64,000 nt of DNA from Planctomycetota bacterium (GTDB taxonomy: Bacteria > Planctomycetota > B15-G4): contig CBDFJQ010000002.1 in the NCBI GenBank assembly GCA_965248575.1, positions 4,256,001 through 4,320,000 of the forward strand. The letters are read 5' to 3'. The translations under genes were made by a program, and so were the position numbers. This document shows positions 1 to 10,875 of this stretch, one piece after another. The notes under the pieces are model-generated. The model was not told the DNA's origin and ran no database searches. It saw only the letters and a program-made list of their open reading frames with translations. Positions within the stretch are counted from its first letter, which is position 1. Each line of letters opens with the position of its first letter.

Positions 1-3
1 AGC

Positions 4-582
4 GTGAAGTCCTACGACACCTCCTACAGTCTCAGCGACGACGATCTTCGGCGCCTCTTCGAGCTGGTGGTGCGGTCTCCGTCCTCCTTCAACCTACAGC
101 ACTGGCGCTTTCTGGTGGTTCGGGAGCAGGGTCTCAAGGACCAGCTGATGGGGGCAGCCTGGGGGCAGACCCACCTGGGAGAGGCCTCAGCGGACGTGGT
201 CGTCTGCGGAAAGCTGGATGCCCACGAGGACGCCGCCGCGATCTATGCAGGCGCCCCACCGGAAGTTGCAGAAAAGATGGTCCCCATGATTGGCGGCTTC
301 TATGCCACCAACGATGGTCTGAAACGTGATGAGGCCATCCGGAGCGGCAGCCTGGCGGCCATGACGCTGATGCTCGCCGCAGAGGACATGGGCCTCGCCA
401 CGTGCCCCATGATTGGCTTCGATCCGTCCAAGGTGTCCGAGATACTTTCCATTCCCGACGACCATGTCCCGGTCATGCTGGTGACCGTGGGCAAGGCTGC
501 AACAGCAGCGCGCCCCAGCGATCGTCTGCCCCTCAGTGAGGTGGTGAAGCTGGGGGATTTCCAAGCCCCCGGGCTCAGCTAG
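4..582 (+). CDS. Nitroreductase family protein (probably 5'-truncated by the window edge)
   Basis: Motifs SPSSFNLQHWRF and LMLAAEDMGLATCPMIGFD; the N-terminal RRSV motif would lie just before the window. Confidence 0.9.
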   Translation: MKSYDTSYSLSDDDLRRLFELVVRSPSSFNLQHWRFLVVREQGLKDQLMGAAWGQTHLGEASADVVVCGKLDAHEDAAAIYAGAPPEVAEKMVPMIGGFYATNDGLKRDEAIRSGSLAAMTLMLAAEDMGLATCPMIGFDPSKVSEILSIPDDHVPVMLVTVGKAATAARPSDRLPLSEVVKLGDFQAPGLS

Positions 583-1069
583 TCCGGCGTCCCGGCGAGG
601 GTGTCAACACCCGCATCCCCTCAAGGGCCTGACCCCGCAGCGGAAGAAATGCCGGGGGTTTCGAACCCGGTGACGTTGTCTCCGAAACCGTCACCGTTGA
701 CGTCTCCACCCCCGGCAAGTTGATGCTGGATTGCGATCGCGCGTGGGTTCCGTCACGGTTCTCTCGATGTCCCGGCAAGGCACTGGACGTCCACGGCAAA
801 AGGGCGGACCCGGGCCAGCACGCCGACGAAGGCAGTGTCAGGCGATTCGGTGTCGCGGGTCGGGAACCGCCCCGGCGCCCGTTCGTCGCGACGACGGAGG
901 GGCATCCGTCAAGGTGTCGCGTCGAGCTGGAGCGCTGGTCGGGTGTGCCGCCCGGGTCCACAGAGGCCGCAGGACGGCCTCTGCCCGGTGAGACGCGACA
1001 CACCATCGGGATCTATCGAGAGCCTCACTCAAAAAAATGAGCGCGTTCCCGAGGCTGCTGGGCCCGCTC

Positions 1070-3367
1070 CTAGGGCGCGATGACGAACACCGTGTCGGCG
1101 GCCACCGTGTACACATCGTCGAGAGAGCCGGAGTTGCCAAGCACGACCAGCCCGAAGTGCAGGGGGACGTTCGCGGCTTGCACGAGGTTCGGGATGGGCA
1201 GGTCTGCGCTGGCCTTGCCCGTCGCGTCCAGGTTGCCCGTGAAGCCGGGCAGGAAGACCGTCGCACGAGCGAAGAAGTCATAGGACGTGGGCAAGGTGTA
1301 TCCCGAGCTGCCGAAGCTGAATCCGCTGGGGACATCCAGGGCAGCCCAGGCCACATAGGGTTTGCCTGCCCCCTCGTAGATCTCGCTGAACTCCATGGTG
1401 GGGGTCTGCCCCACGGCGAAGGGGGCGCTACCACTGGCGAGCTGCAGATTGGCCGTGGCCGAGTCCGATCGTGTGGACCAGGCGACGGTCAGGGGCTCGC
1501 TGCTGCCGTCAAAACGGATGCGCGTCAGGCGCACGGTGTAGGTGCCCGAGACGCTCGCCTGGAAGCTCGCGATCTCGAAGGGGTTCAAGGCGCTGGCTGA
1601 GCTGGCCACCACGTTGGACGACGGATCGAGGATGGTCATGTCCACGTCCATCTCGAGCACGTCGGTGGTGTAGGCCGCATTGGGGTTGCTGAACCAGAGC
1701 GCCGTGACGCGCACGTCCTCGCCGGCGAGCACCGTCATGGGGATGTCGAGCAGCCCGCCTACGAAGTCGGCGTTGACCACCTCGTCGTGCCACCACTGGC
1801 CATCCCGAACCGTTGCCCAAGCCGCAGCGCCATGCACTCCGCCTGCGCCATCGAACTCGCTGAGCAGGCTGTCTCCCTCGACGTTGTGCCAGGCCGAGGC
1901 CATGAGCACCGCCTTGACCGTCGTCATCTGCGCCAAGAGGGTCGTGTCCCCGGCGCTGATGAGTCCCGCAATGCCGCAGGTCAGGGGGCTTGCCGAGGAC
2001 GTACCGCCAAAGCCGCTGGTGATGCCGGTGCCGCCGGTGCCTGTGGTCGTGACACCCGTTCCCGGGCTCGCGATCTCCGGCTTCTCATGACCCTCCATGG
2101 GGTCCCAGTACGAACTGGAACTTGCCATGGTGTCCCCGGCCCAGGCCACGTCGTCGCCGTCGGAGTAGGCGCCGGTGTTGGTCATGTTGAAGCCGTTGCC
2201 AGGCGTCGTGGTGTAGGGCGTGGAGGTGTTGCCCTGGTTTCCCGTGGACTTGAACATCATCACGCCGAAGTTGCGGATGGTGTGGTCGAAGAAGCGGTCG
2301 AGGAAAGCAATGGAGCCCTTGAGGCCGTTCCACCACGAGCAGTTGCCGTAGTCGACACCTTGCGTGATGGCATTGCTCCAGATGGTGGGTGCTGCGCTGT
2401 CGCCGGAACCGCCCGCGCTGAACAACTGGTTGATGGTGTAGTTGGCTGCCTGGTAGGTGGGATGGTTGTTGGCGATGTTTCCGGCAACGCTGGTGGCGTG
2501 CGAGCCGGTGCTGGACGAGTTGAGCAGCACGATGGGGGGCAGGAAGGCGTTGGTGGTCTGCACCTGCGCGGTGTCGTTCACCATGATGTTGACCTGGGTG
2601 CCCGCCAGGATTCCCTGGGACCAGACCTGAGGCGTGCGCAACGTCCCTTGGGCGAAGTTGCCTTCCTCGAACCATTGGGGTTGGGAAAGATAGGCTTCAT
2701 CGACCGCGGTATCCCGAGCGAGCAGGCGGGTCTGGGTGGCGGACACTTCGGCAATCACGAAGGGCCAGGCATCTCCGACCAGTGCCACGCGTCCTCCCAG
2801 GGATTCCACGTGCGCGGCGAACAGCCCGTTTCCGGTTTCGTAGGCCACGCGTGCAGCATCATGAGAGGCCTTTCGTTCGCCCCGGATGGCGGCTGCCAGG
2901 GCATCCCCGGAGAGCGCCGCCACGTGTTGGGCGTTGCGTTGCCGGAGCTCGGCGCCCAGCGTGCGACCAGGGGCAGTCTCGTGCAGCCAGAAAGCCACCT
3001 CCAGGGTTCCGTCCTCAGCGAGTCCATCCACGGCAGCCTTGAGGGCCGGCGTCATGCCGCCGCGCCGAGCGAGGGCCAAGGCATGGTCTTGCTGGCGCAG
3101 GTCGTCGAGCAGAACGGGCGTCCCATCAGCGAGGCGTGTTGTCCGTTGCACGGAACCGTCAGCCTGGACAGACCGTTCGTCGATGACCACGAGCCCCAGT
3201 TCGCTCAGCGTGTGTTGCGTGCGCACGGTGGGCAGCGTCAGCGAGGCCTCCTCCGTTGCGCCGTGCTGCGGCAGCACGTGCGGAGCGGCGGATTGAGCGG
3301 GCAGCGTGGGGCCCAGGGCAAGTGCGCTGAGTGCGCCGGCAAGAACGCTGAGGCGGGCTGGCAACAT
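1070..3367 (-). CDS. Secreted S8 (subtilisin-like) serine peptidase with C-terminal beta domains
   Basis: Signal peptide; Asp (VNDTA), His (GSHATSVAG), oxyanion Asn (STGNQG), Ser (GTSSASP); KPEIASPG motif; PPC-like segment. Confidence 0.85.
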   Translation of the reverse strand: MLPARLSVLAGALSALALGPTLPAQSAAPHVLPQHGATEEASLTLPTVRTQHTLSELGLVVIDERSVQADGSVQRTTRLADGTPVLLDDLRQQDHALALARRGGMTPALKAAVDGLAEDGTLEVAFWLHETAPGRTLGAELRQRNAQHVAALSGDALAAAIRGERKASHDAARVAYETGNGLFAAHVESLGGRVALVGDAWPFVIAEVSATQTRLLARDTAVDEAYLSQPQWFEEGNFAQGTLRTPQVWSQGILAGTQVNIMVNDTAQVQTTNAFLPPIVLLNSSSTGSHATSVAGNIANNHPTYQAANYTINQLFSAGGSGDSAAPTIWSNAITQGVDYGNCSWWNGLKGSIAFLDRFFDHTIRNFGVMMFKSTGNQGNTSTPYTTTPGNGFNMTNTGAYSDGDDVAWAGDTMASSSSYWDPMEGHEKPEIASPGTGVTTTGTGGTGITSGFGGTSSASPLTCGIAGLISAGDTTLLAQMTTVKAVLMASAWHNVEGDSLLSEFDGAGGVHGAAAWATVRDGQWWHDEVVNADFVGGLLDIPMTVLAGEDVRVTALWFSNPNAAYTTDVLEMDVDMTILDPSSNVVASSASALNPFEIASFQASVSGTYTVRLTRIRFDGSSEPLTVAWSTRSDSATANLQLASGSAPFAVGQTPTMEFSEIYEGAGKPYVAWAALDVPSGFSFGSSGYTLPTSYDFFARATVFLPGFTGNLDATGKASADLPIPNLVQAANVPLHFGLVVLGNSGSLDDVYTVAADTVFVIAP

Positions 3368-3445
3368 GGCGGGTCTCGGGGGCCGGGTGATCCTGGTGGA
3401 GTTCCACCACAGCCTAGCAGGCGTGTGCTGAACCCTGGGTGAGGC

Positions 3446-4438
3446 TCAGGAGCTGAGCTGGTCGTGGAAGGTGTTGGCGTCGATGTTCGTGCCGCAGATG
3501 ACGACGCCGACCCGTTGGCCAGCGAGGCGCTCTCTCAAGGGGCCGAGCAAACCAGCCGTGGAGGCGGCGCCGGCTGGCTCGAGAGCGAACTTCAGGGTGC
3601 GGAAGGCGAAGGCCTGCGCCGCCAAGATCTCTGTGTCTTCCAGCAGGAGCACTTCGTCCACATGCTGCTGGCAGAGGCTCAGGGATGTCGTGCCGGTGAA
3701 AGGGGCTGCCAAGCTGTCGGCCACGGTGCTCATGGCCTCGAGCGTCACGGGCTCGCCTGCCTCAAAGGCGCGTGTCATGGTCGGTGCGCCGCGGGGTTCG
3801 ACCCCATAGACCTTGCACCCAGGGCGGCAGGCCTTGACGGCCGCCGCGACGCCCGATGCCAACCCGCCTCCTCCGATGGGAACGATGACGGCGTCGAGCT
3901 GCGGGACTTGTTGGCAGAACTCCAGGCCCAGGGTGGCCGTGCCGAGGGAGGTGTGCAGGCCGTCGAAGGGGTGGACAAAGAAGCGCCCCTCCTGCTGCAC
4001 CAGTTTTTCGACGAGGGCGAAGCCCGCCTGCGCATCGTCAGCCAGGATCAGCTCCGCACCGAAAGACCTGCACAGCTCGACGCGCAACGGGTTCGCGTGG
4101 CGCAACATGACGACCTTGGCCGACAGCCCCAGTTGCTGGGCGGCGTAGGCGGTGGCAATGGCGTGGTTGCCCGCACTGATGGCCGTGACTCCCCGGCTCA
4201 GGGATCCGGGCTCCTGACTCAACAGGACGTTGAACGCGCCCCGCACCTTGAATGTGCCGGTGTACTGCCAAAGTTCCAGTTTGGCGAAGACCTCGGTGCC
4301 CGCGGGGAGGCGCTCCCGCAGCTCCGGGTGTTGCCATGCATGCACAGGCGTTTCGAGCACGCGCGAGCCCAACCTCTCGCGGGTGGCCTCGATGGCGGCG
4401 AGGCTCAGCTGGGTCGTCGGTGAGTCTGCTTGCGTCAC
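3446..4438 (-). CDS. PLP-dependent threonine/serine dehydratase
   Basis: TGTFKVRGA (PLP lysine), SAGNHA, PIGGGGL, EPAGA motifs. Confidence 0.92.
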   Translation of the reverse strand: MTQADSPTTQLSLAAIEATRERLGSRVLETPVHAWQHPELRERLPAGTEVFAKLELWQYTGTFKVRGAFNVLLSQEPGSLSRGVTAISAGNHAIATAYAAQQLGLSAKVVMLRHANPLRVELCRSFGAELILADDAQAGFALVEKLVQQEGRFFVHPFDGLHTSLGTATLGLEFCQQVPQLDAVIVPIGGGGLASGVAAAVKACRPGCKVYGVEPRGAPTMTRAFEAGEPVTLEAMSTVADSLAAPFTGTTSLSLCQQHVDEVLLLEDTEILAAQAFAFRTLKFALEPAGAASTAGLLGPLRERLAGQRVGVVICGTNIDANTFHDQLSS

Positions 4439-4589
4439 GGAGCGGGGTCCCTCTGGCTGCCGGGCCCAGAACCCTCAAGAGGGTGTTCCGTCACCAGGCG
4501 CTGGATCGAGGGAGCGAGTCTAACCGCGCAGCTGCCGCACCGGACTTGGCTGTGTTCGCCGCTGCATTCGCCGCGCTGGGCGGGCGCCC

Positions 4590-6437
4590 TCAGTGCTGCA
4601 AGGGGAAACCGTAACTCTGCGGCAGGGGAGTGATGGCTGCGTTCGAGGGCGTCCGCAGGCTGCTGAAGGTGAACTGACCTTGCGCACGGCCCCGGCCCAG
4701 TCCGACGAGCAGGGACCCGGAGGAGGAGTACGCCAGGACAGGCGAGACCCGCAGGCTGTTGGGCGCGGCCTGACGCAGCGCACCCGTCATCAGGTCGAGA
4801 TAGGTGGGCATCACCAGTTCGTGTCCCGTTTCCACGACGAAGGACGCGAAGCGGCCGCGTGGGGAGACGGCGAAGCGGCTGAGCTCGGCCTTCGGATCGT
4901 TCGCCGACAGCAGCAGCAGTGGCTCTGCATCGGGAGCCCGCCGTTTCAGCAGTTGGACGTCCACCTGCACGTCCGCTGCGTCTGTGGAGAGAGCGCGGGA
5001 GTCCGGACCGTGGTGAGCGATAACGAGCAAGGAGGTTCCCATGGGCACCAGGACGGGGCGGGTCCGAAGGCCGCGCACCAGGGTGTCCGGTTCGTTGGAG
5101 ATCGGCGCGTCGGAGGCCTGCCTGAGATCCAGCTCCAGCAGTTCGAAGCTCGGCCCCTGTTCGGTGCGCAGCCTCGCGACCATGAACAGGGACTGGGCGT
5201 CGGGGCTCGTGACCATCTCCTCCATCCAGACGTCCCGGTTGAGCGCCGTGTTGAGCGCATGGCTGGGCATCGAGAGTGGGGCGGGGCGCGAGCCATCCTG
5301 CTCGACATCCCAGCGCCAGAGGGAACCGCCGACCTCGAGGAACTGCAGCCTGTCGGCGGGGTCGAAGTCCAGGGAATGAAGCGTTCCGGGTGCGGGGGCA
5401 CCCGGGTGCGCGAGCAGGCCGCGCTGCAGGGGGGCTGCGGGTGCGATGCGGCGGGTCAGGATCTCGAAGGAACGTTGGGCGTCACGGAAAGCGAGGCGGT
5501 CGCCCCGTGAGTTCCACGCCATGGGGCGCGCTGATTGCAACAGGCTGCGGGCGTTCGAGCAGCCGTAGTGGCCCGACGTTTCACTCATGCGCTGCGCGGG
5601 CTCGCTGAGGTCGACGGCAAACACATGATGTTCACCCGCATCGGGAGCGCTCGCGGATTGCGAACGGACCACCACCGCCACGCGGGTCCCTTGTCGGTTC
5701 ATGACGACCTCGGGCAGGACTTCCGCGCGCAGCAGGTCGAACTCCACATGTTGAGTCCGGCTCGCGGCAGGTCGTGCGCGATGCAGCTCGCCCGACGCGA
5801 TGAACCACACGGCTTGGGTGGAGGCGCGCAGGCTGCTGGCATCGATGCGCAGCGGGGCCTCCTGGGCGGTGAGCACGTGATGCAGCCGATCGCTGGCGAG
5901 GTCCCCATCATCGAGGCGCACGAGGATGACGTCCCCGCCTGCGTCATGCTCCGTGGCGACGGCTAGCATGCCGCCATCGGCGGAGACAGACACATGCTCC
6001 TGAAGCGCCGGCCCCGCGAGGTCACTGGGCACGGACACCAGAAGCTCCGGAGTCCCGTTGGCACGCACGCGCAGCAGGCCCGTTTCGACGCCGGATTGAA
6101 CCCGGTAGAGGGCGCCACCCCCGGGCAGCCTGATGTGGGGAGCGGGTGTCTCCAGGCCAGCGACCGTCGGGCGGTCGGACCGCAGGCGATCCATCGCTTC
6201 GTGGCCCGCGAGGCGGATGGAGAGGAAGGTCACGTCATCGATCTCGGACACGGCCATGCCCGAGGGTTCATCGACCGTCCAGATGTGAAGCGCACCGTTG
6301 GAGGATTGCACGGCGAACGGCATCTGTTGCCCGGCGGCGGTGGGCGTCCAGGCGAGCAGGGTGCCGACCAGGGCAGCGAGCATGGCCATGAGCCCGGGGT
6401 GCTCTTGGGCCAGGCGGGGCGTCAGGATGGGGCACAT
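4590..6437 (-). CDS. Hypothetical secreted protein, possibly beta-propeller
   Basis: Long ORF, signal-like N-terminus, repeated xSPDG/SADG-type blade motifs; start uncertain. Confidence 0.55.
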   Translation of the reverse strand: MCPILTPRLAQEHPGLMAMLAALVGTLLAWTPTAAGQQMPFAVQSSNGALHIWTVDEPSGMAVSEIDDVTFLSIRLAGHEAMDRLRSDRPTVAGLETPAPHIRLPGGGALYRVQSGVETGLLRVRANGTPELLVSVPSDLAGPALQEHVSVSADGGMLAVATEHDAGGDVILVRLDDGDLASDRLHHVLTAQEAPLRIDASSLRASTQAVWFIASGELHRARPAASRTQHVEFDLLRAEVLPEVVMNRQGTRVAVVVRSQSASAPDAGEHHVFAVDLSEPAQRMSETSGHYGCSNARSLLQSARPMAWNSRGDRLAFRDAQRSFEILTRRIAPAAPLQRGLLAHPGAPAPGTLHSLDFDPADRLQFLEVGGSLWRWDVEQDGSRPAPLSMPSHALNTALNRDVWMEEMVTSPDAQSLFMVARLRTEQGPSFELLELDLRQASDAPISNEPDTLVRGLRTRPVLVPMGTSLLVIAHHGPDSRALSTDAADVQVDVQLLKRRAPDAEPLLLLSANDPKAELSRFAVSPRGRFASFVVETGHELVMPTYLDLMTGALRQAAPNSLRVSPVLAYSSSGSLLVGLGRGRAQGQFTFSSLRTPSNAAITPLPQSYGFPLQH

Positions 6438-6567
6438 GGGGAGAGGCTCAGCAGGCGGTCGGGAATGCGGCTGGATCGCTCTCCTCATCGGCATTCGAGC
6501 TTCCCGGGCATGAAGCCAAGCGGGTGTGCTGTAGCCCCGGGCACCCGTGCTTGATAGACCTCGTAGT

Positions 6568-6587
6568 GGCGCCACGATCGTGGCGCC
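6568..6587. promoter_or_regulatory. Perfect 20-bp palindrome GGCGCCACGATCGTGGCGCC between divergent genes
   Basis: Read directly from the sequence; function unknown. Confidence 0.3.
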
Positions 6588-6620
6588 TTGGTCCGAGCTT
6601 CCCCAGTGAATGAGAACACG

Positions 6621-7436
6621 ATGACCGAGGCACCCGGAATGAACCCGGCGGCCGGCTTGAAGGACGGTTTGGGGCCGCGACAGGGCCTCGACGCCGCCTC
6701 AGGCCTGCGATTCCAATGGGTTCGCCGGGTCGCCGATCTCGATGCCCTTGCAGAGACGGCCGCCGATGAGGTCCTACGAATCAGTCACGAGGCCATCGCA
6801 AGCCGTGGCGTGTTTCGCGTGGCGCTCGGCGGCGGGCCGACACCTCGCCCGCTGCACGAGATTCTCGCCGGTTGTACCTCTGAGCGCTTCGGTCGTTGGC
6901 ATTTCTACTGGGGGGACGAACGCTATGTTCCGCCGGACCACCCCGACAGCAACTTCCTCATGGCCCAGCAGACGCTGATCGGGCGGGTCCCCGTGGCTGC
7001 TCACCACGTCCATCGCGTCCTCACGGAGCAGGGCCCGCCGGCGGCGGTGGCTTCCGCCTATGAGGAGGAACTGCGGGCCAGCTTCGGCTGCGGCCCCGCG
7101 GAGATTCCACGCTTCGATTTGATGCTCATGGGGATGGGCCCTGACGGCCACACGGCTTCCCTCTTCCCGGGCAGTCCGCTCTTGAGAGAGCAGGAGGCGC
7201 TGGTAGCGTCCTGTTTCGAACCGTCGGTGAGCTCCCATCGCATCACCATGACCCTGCCCTTGATCAACGCAGCTCGGGCGGTCATCTTCACCGTGGCTGG
7301 GGCGGCGGCAGCGCCGGCGTTGCGGGATGTCCTGGATGACCGGGTGGCGCCTGAGCAACGGCCGGCGCGACTCGTCTGCCCCACGGACGGCACCCTGTTG
7401 TGGATCGTCGATGAGGCAGCCGCACGGGACGGCTGA
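6621..7436 (+). CDS. pgl: 6-phosphogluconolactonase
   Basis: ALGGGPTP, WGDERYVP, DSNF, LMGMGPDGHTASLFP, RITMT motifs; start uncertain. Confidence 0.93.
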   Translation: MTEAPGMNPAAGLKDGLGPRQGLDAASGLRFQWVRRVADLDALAETAADEVLRISHEAIASRGVFRVALGGGPTPRPLHEILAGCTSERFGRWHFYWGDERYVPPDHPDSNFLMAQQTLIGRVPVAAHHVHRVLTEQGPPAAVASAYEEELRASFGCGPAEIPRFDLMLMGMGPDGHTASLFPGSPLLREQEALVASCFEPSVSSHRITMTLPLINAARAVIFTVAGAAAAPALRDVLDDRVAPEQRPARLVCPTDGTLLWIVDEAAARDG

Positions 7437-7543
7437 CGGGACGCCTGGCGTGGGCTGACGGCTTGCACGAGCAATTGCCACGGGGCCCTCGACCATGGTT
7501 GATCGAGGGCCCCGTGAGTGGTGCCAAGCGATGGTCGAAGCGC

Positions 7544-8290
7544 TTACTTCTCTTCGAGGATCGTCTGGCCCTTACCCTTCGGCTTCTTGACCTTGATGCT
7601 CGTGTTGATGAGGCCGGACATTCCGGAGTTACCAACCGAGAGCTTGTAAGGGCCGAGGGACGGCAACACCACGTCCTTGATCTTGAAGCCGCCCTTCTTG
7701 GTCTTCTCGATGAAGCCCGTCAGGAGCTCGGGGTCCATGCCTTCCTCGCCGCCTTCCAGCGTGAGCGTGGGCATGAAGGGGATGGCATCAGACTTCTTCT
7801 TGGAGTTGATGGTGCCGCTGAAGATCCAACCGGACTTACCATCAATGGTCGTGTCCTGGGTCTCCTTGGGGCCGACGCCGGAGTTGTTCTTGGCGGTCGT
7901 GATTTTCTTGGGGGTCTTGCCACCGGTCTTGATGGAGTAGGTACCGATGGTGCCATCGTCGCCCGTGAGCTTGATGCGGTAGACGCCGGTAGACGGCAGC
8001 TCGAACTTCTTGATGGCGCTCTTCTTCTTGCCAGAGGCTTCATCGGCCAGGACGTTGTCGTCTGAGTCGGCGAGCATGACGTGCGGGAGCAGGCTCTGCT
8101 TCTTGTCGGCCTTGGCGGTGATGGTCACGCGCTCGCCGGAGAGGCCTTCAAACTCGACGACGTCTTCGTCGGCAACCTGGATCGCACCCTTATAGGTGTC
8201 GCCCACGTTGAGGACGGCATCGGCGATGGTGCCCGCGATGGCGACACCCGCAATGAGGAGAAGGAGAGTGGTGATCTTGACGTGCTGCAT
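7544..8290 (-). CDS. Hypothetical secreted Lys-rich protein with PPC-like domains
   Basis: Signal peptide MQHVKITTLLLLIAGVAIA; LPSTGVYRI and LPSLGPYKL repeats; strong coding-type codon usage. Confidence 0.65.
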   Translation of the reverse strand: MQHVKITTLLLLIAGVAIAGTIADAVLNVGDTYKGAIQVADEDVVEFEGLSGERVTITAKADKKQSLLPHVMLADSDDNVLADEASGKKKSAIKKFELPSTGVYRIKLTGDDGTIGTYSIKTGGKTPKKITTAKNNSGVGPKETQDTTIDGKSGWIFSGTINSKKKSDAIPFMPTLTLEGGEEGMDPELLTGFIEKTKKGGFKIKDVVLPSLGPYKLSVGNSGMSGLINTSIKVKKPKGKGQTILEEK

Positions 8291-8599
8291 TCCGGGACTC
8301 CGGGTTCGGGCCAACAAACGCCCCCAGCTGGGGAGCGATGTCGAGGGAGGATACGGTCTTAAGCATCTGAGAGAAGGCCCTGTAACCGCATTCTTTGTGG
8401 CATAGGGCCTTCTAGCCTCATCGACACGGTTTACCAATCGGCGTTCTGTGGCCCCGAATTCGCACCAATTTCGGCAGGATCTCCCAGACCCCCGCTTCTC
8501 CAGTGCCCTCAGCGGCCTCCCTCGCTAGACTGCCGGGTTTGAACCGAGCCCCCAAGATGGGGTCCAGACGCAGGCATCAAGAAGGATCTATATACGCCC

Positions 8600-10780
8600 A
8601 TGACCACAGCAAACGCCGAAACCCGCAGCTTCCAGGCCGAGACCCGAGAGCTTCTGGATCTGATGATCCACTCGCTTTACACGAACCGGGAGATCTTCCT
8701 CCGCGAGCTCGTTTCCAACGCCAGCGACGCCCTCGACAAACTTCGTTTCGAGGCCCTCAAGGACAGCGCCCTGCGCGACGGGAGCGAAGAGCTCCGGGTG
8801 CGGCTGGAGCCGGATGCCGAGGCGAACACCTTGGTAGTCGATGACAACGGCATCGGCATGACCCGCGACGAGGTGGTCGAGAACATCGGCACCATCGCTC
8901 GCTCGGGGACCAAGGCGTTTGTGGAGGCGGCGCGCTCGGGCAAGGACGTGACTGAGGAGGGGGAGTCCACTCCCGATCTCATCGGCCAGTTCGGCGTGGG
9001 TTTCTACTCGGCTTTCATGGTGGCCGAGAAGGTCGTCGTGGAGACGCGCAAGGCGGGTACGGATGAAGCGGTGCGTTGGACCTCGCTTGGCGATGGAGAG
9101 TTCACCGTGGAGGACATCGAGAAGGCGGAGTCCGGCACGCGCATCACCATGCACTTGCGCCCAGCGGTGCCCGAAGAGGGTGCCGAGGCAGACGCCCCTG
9201 TGCAGGACTTCACCGACCCCATGACCGTGCGCGATGTGGTCAAGCGCTACTCGGACTTCGTGGCCTACCCCGTGCAGATGGACATGGAGCACACGCTGCC
9301 CGTGGAGCCGAAGGAGGGCGAAGAGCCGCCCGAGCAGCCGGAGACGACGACCGAGATCCGGACCGAGACCCTCAACTCCATGAAGCCCTTGTGGACCCGG
9401 CCGAAGTCGGAGATCGAGGACAAGGAGTACCTCGAGTTCTACCGGCACGCGACCCATGACTGGCAAGAGCCGCTGGCCACCGTGCACTTCCGTGCGGAGG
9501 GCACGCACGAGTACACGGCCCTGTTGTTCCTGCCGTCCCAGCGCCCGCAGGATCTGCTCGACCCCACTCAGCACCACAGCCGCCTCAGCCTCTACGTGAA
9601 GCGCGTGTTCGTGATGCAGGAGTGCGAGGAGCTGTTGCCGCCGTGGTTGCGCTTCGTGCGCGGTCTGGTGGATTCGAGCGACCTACCCCTGAACGTTTCG
9701 CGCGAGACGCTGCAGCACAATCGGCAGGTCGGCCAGATCCGGAAACGCCTCACCAAGAAGGTGATCGAGGCCCTCGCGGGTCTGCAAACGGACAAGCGCG
9801 AGGCCTATTCCCGCTTCTGGACCTCCCTGGGTACGGTCATCAAGGAAGGCCTCTACCTGGATGAAACGCACCGGGAGGATCTGGCCGGCTTGTGCTTGTT
9901 CCAGAGCTCGTCGGGCGGCGCGCCGGCCGAACCCCTCGACGTGTTCCAGCCGCCGAAGGAGGAGGGCGAAGCAGACACTCCTCCGTCCGAGGTCTGCCCG
10001 TACGGCTACACCACCTTGGCTGAGTACGTCGCTCGCATGCCGTTGGCGCAAAAAGCGATCTACTACGTAACCGGCCCCGATCGTGCGTCTGTCGAGAACT
10101 CGCCGCACATCGAGGCGGCTCGGGCGAAGGGTTACGAGGTCCTGTTCTTCGTCGAGCCCGTGGACGAGTGGGTGTTGCAGCGCCTGGACACCTTCGGAGA
10201 CAAGCCGCTGACGTCCTTGGATCGCGGAGCAGGCGATCTGGAAGACGGAGACGAGGAGTCCCAGCGCGAAGAGAAGCAGGCGGAACTGGAGCCCTTGCTC
10301 AGCGCTGCGCAGGAGTCCATCGATGACTACGTCAAGGAGGTGCGGCTGTCGTCGCGATTGCGTTCCAGCCCCGCTGTCCTGGTTTCGGACGATGGGGCGC
10401 TGTCGCCTCAGCTGATCCAGGCCTTGCGCGCATCAGGGCAGCAGGTGCCCACGCAGAAGCGCATCCTGGAGTTGAACCCCAAGCACGCCGTGCTCAACGA
10501 GCTCTCCAGCCTGCACGGTGGGGGTGATGAGGCGCGCTTCCATCTGTTCGTGGAGCTCTTGCACGGTCAGGCCCTGCTGGCTGAAGGTTCCCCGGTTCCG
10601 GATCCGGCTCGCTACGCGCGCCTGGTGACGGAGTTGATGGCTCCCGGCACTCTCGAAGCCAGCGAAGAGCTGGCTTCTGCTGCCGCTTCAGGAGGGGCAG
10701 AGGCTGATTCCAAGGCCAATGAGGACAAGGCAGAGGATGCGGCAGAGGGCGAGGCTTCCGAGGCCGAAGCCGGCTCCTGA
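8600..10780 (+). CDS. htpG: Molecular chaperone HtpG (Hsp90)
   Basis: [51 protein letters not shown] motifs. Confidence 0.98.
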
Positions 10781-10816
10781 AGCTGGCTCTGCCCAGAAAC
10801 CGCCATGGATGAGCTC

Positions 10817-10855
10817 TTGACGCCTTAACTACAGTCGTAGTATTACAGGCGTAGT
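10817..10855 (+). promoter_or_regulatory. Putative promoter (-35 TTGACG) with two tandem BlaI/MecI/CopY-type operators
   Basis: ACTACAGTCGTAGT (10828-10841) and ATTACAGGCGTAGT (10842-10855) resemble TACA-NN-TGTA and lie directly upstream of a BlaI-family gene. Confidence 0.75.
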
Positions 10856-10875
10856 TGATCGCTCAGGAGGCATCC

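Noticed and set aside
645..690. GGGTTCGAAACCC T-loop-like sequence suggesting a tRNA on the minus strand
   Set aside because: T-stem is only 3 bp with no acceptor, D or anticodon arms; better explained as an FG-GAP relic.
961..983. Hairpin CAGAGGCCG-CAGGA-CGGCCTCTG as an intrinsic terminator
   Set aside because: No adjacent U-tract on either strand; function unsupported.
1070..1420. S8 peptidase C-terminus as a sixth copy of the shared domain
   Set aside because: Lacks the DLGG, WPxG, QF and LSN motifs; at most a distant analog.
1787..3442. Long antisense or alternate-frame ORFs (also 17612-19390, 27841-29895, 46866-48854, 32955-34562)
   Set aside because: Shadows of well-supported genes in GC-rich DNA, with no recognisable motifs.
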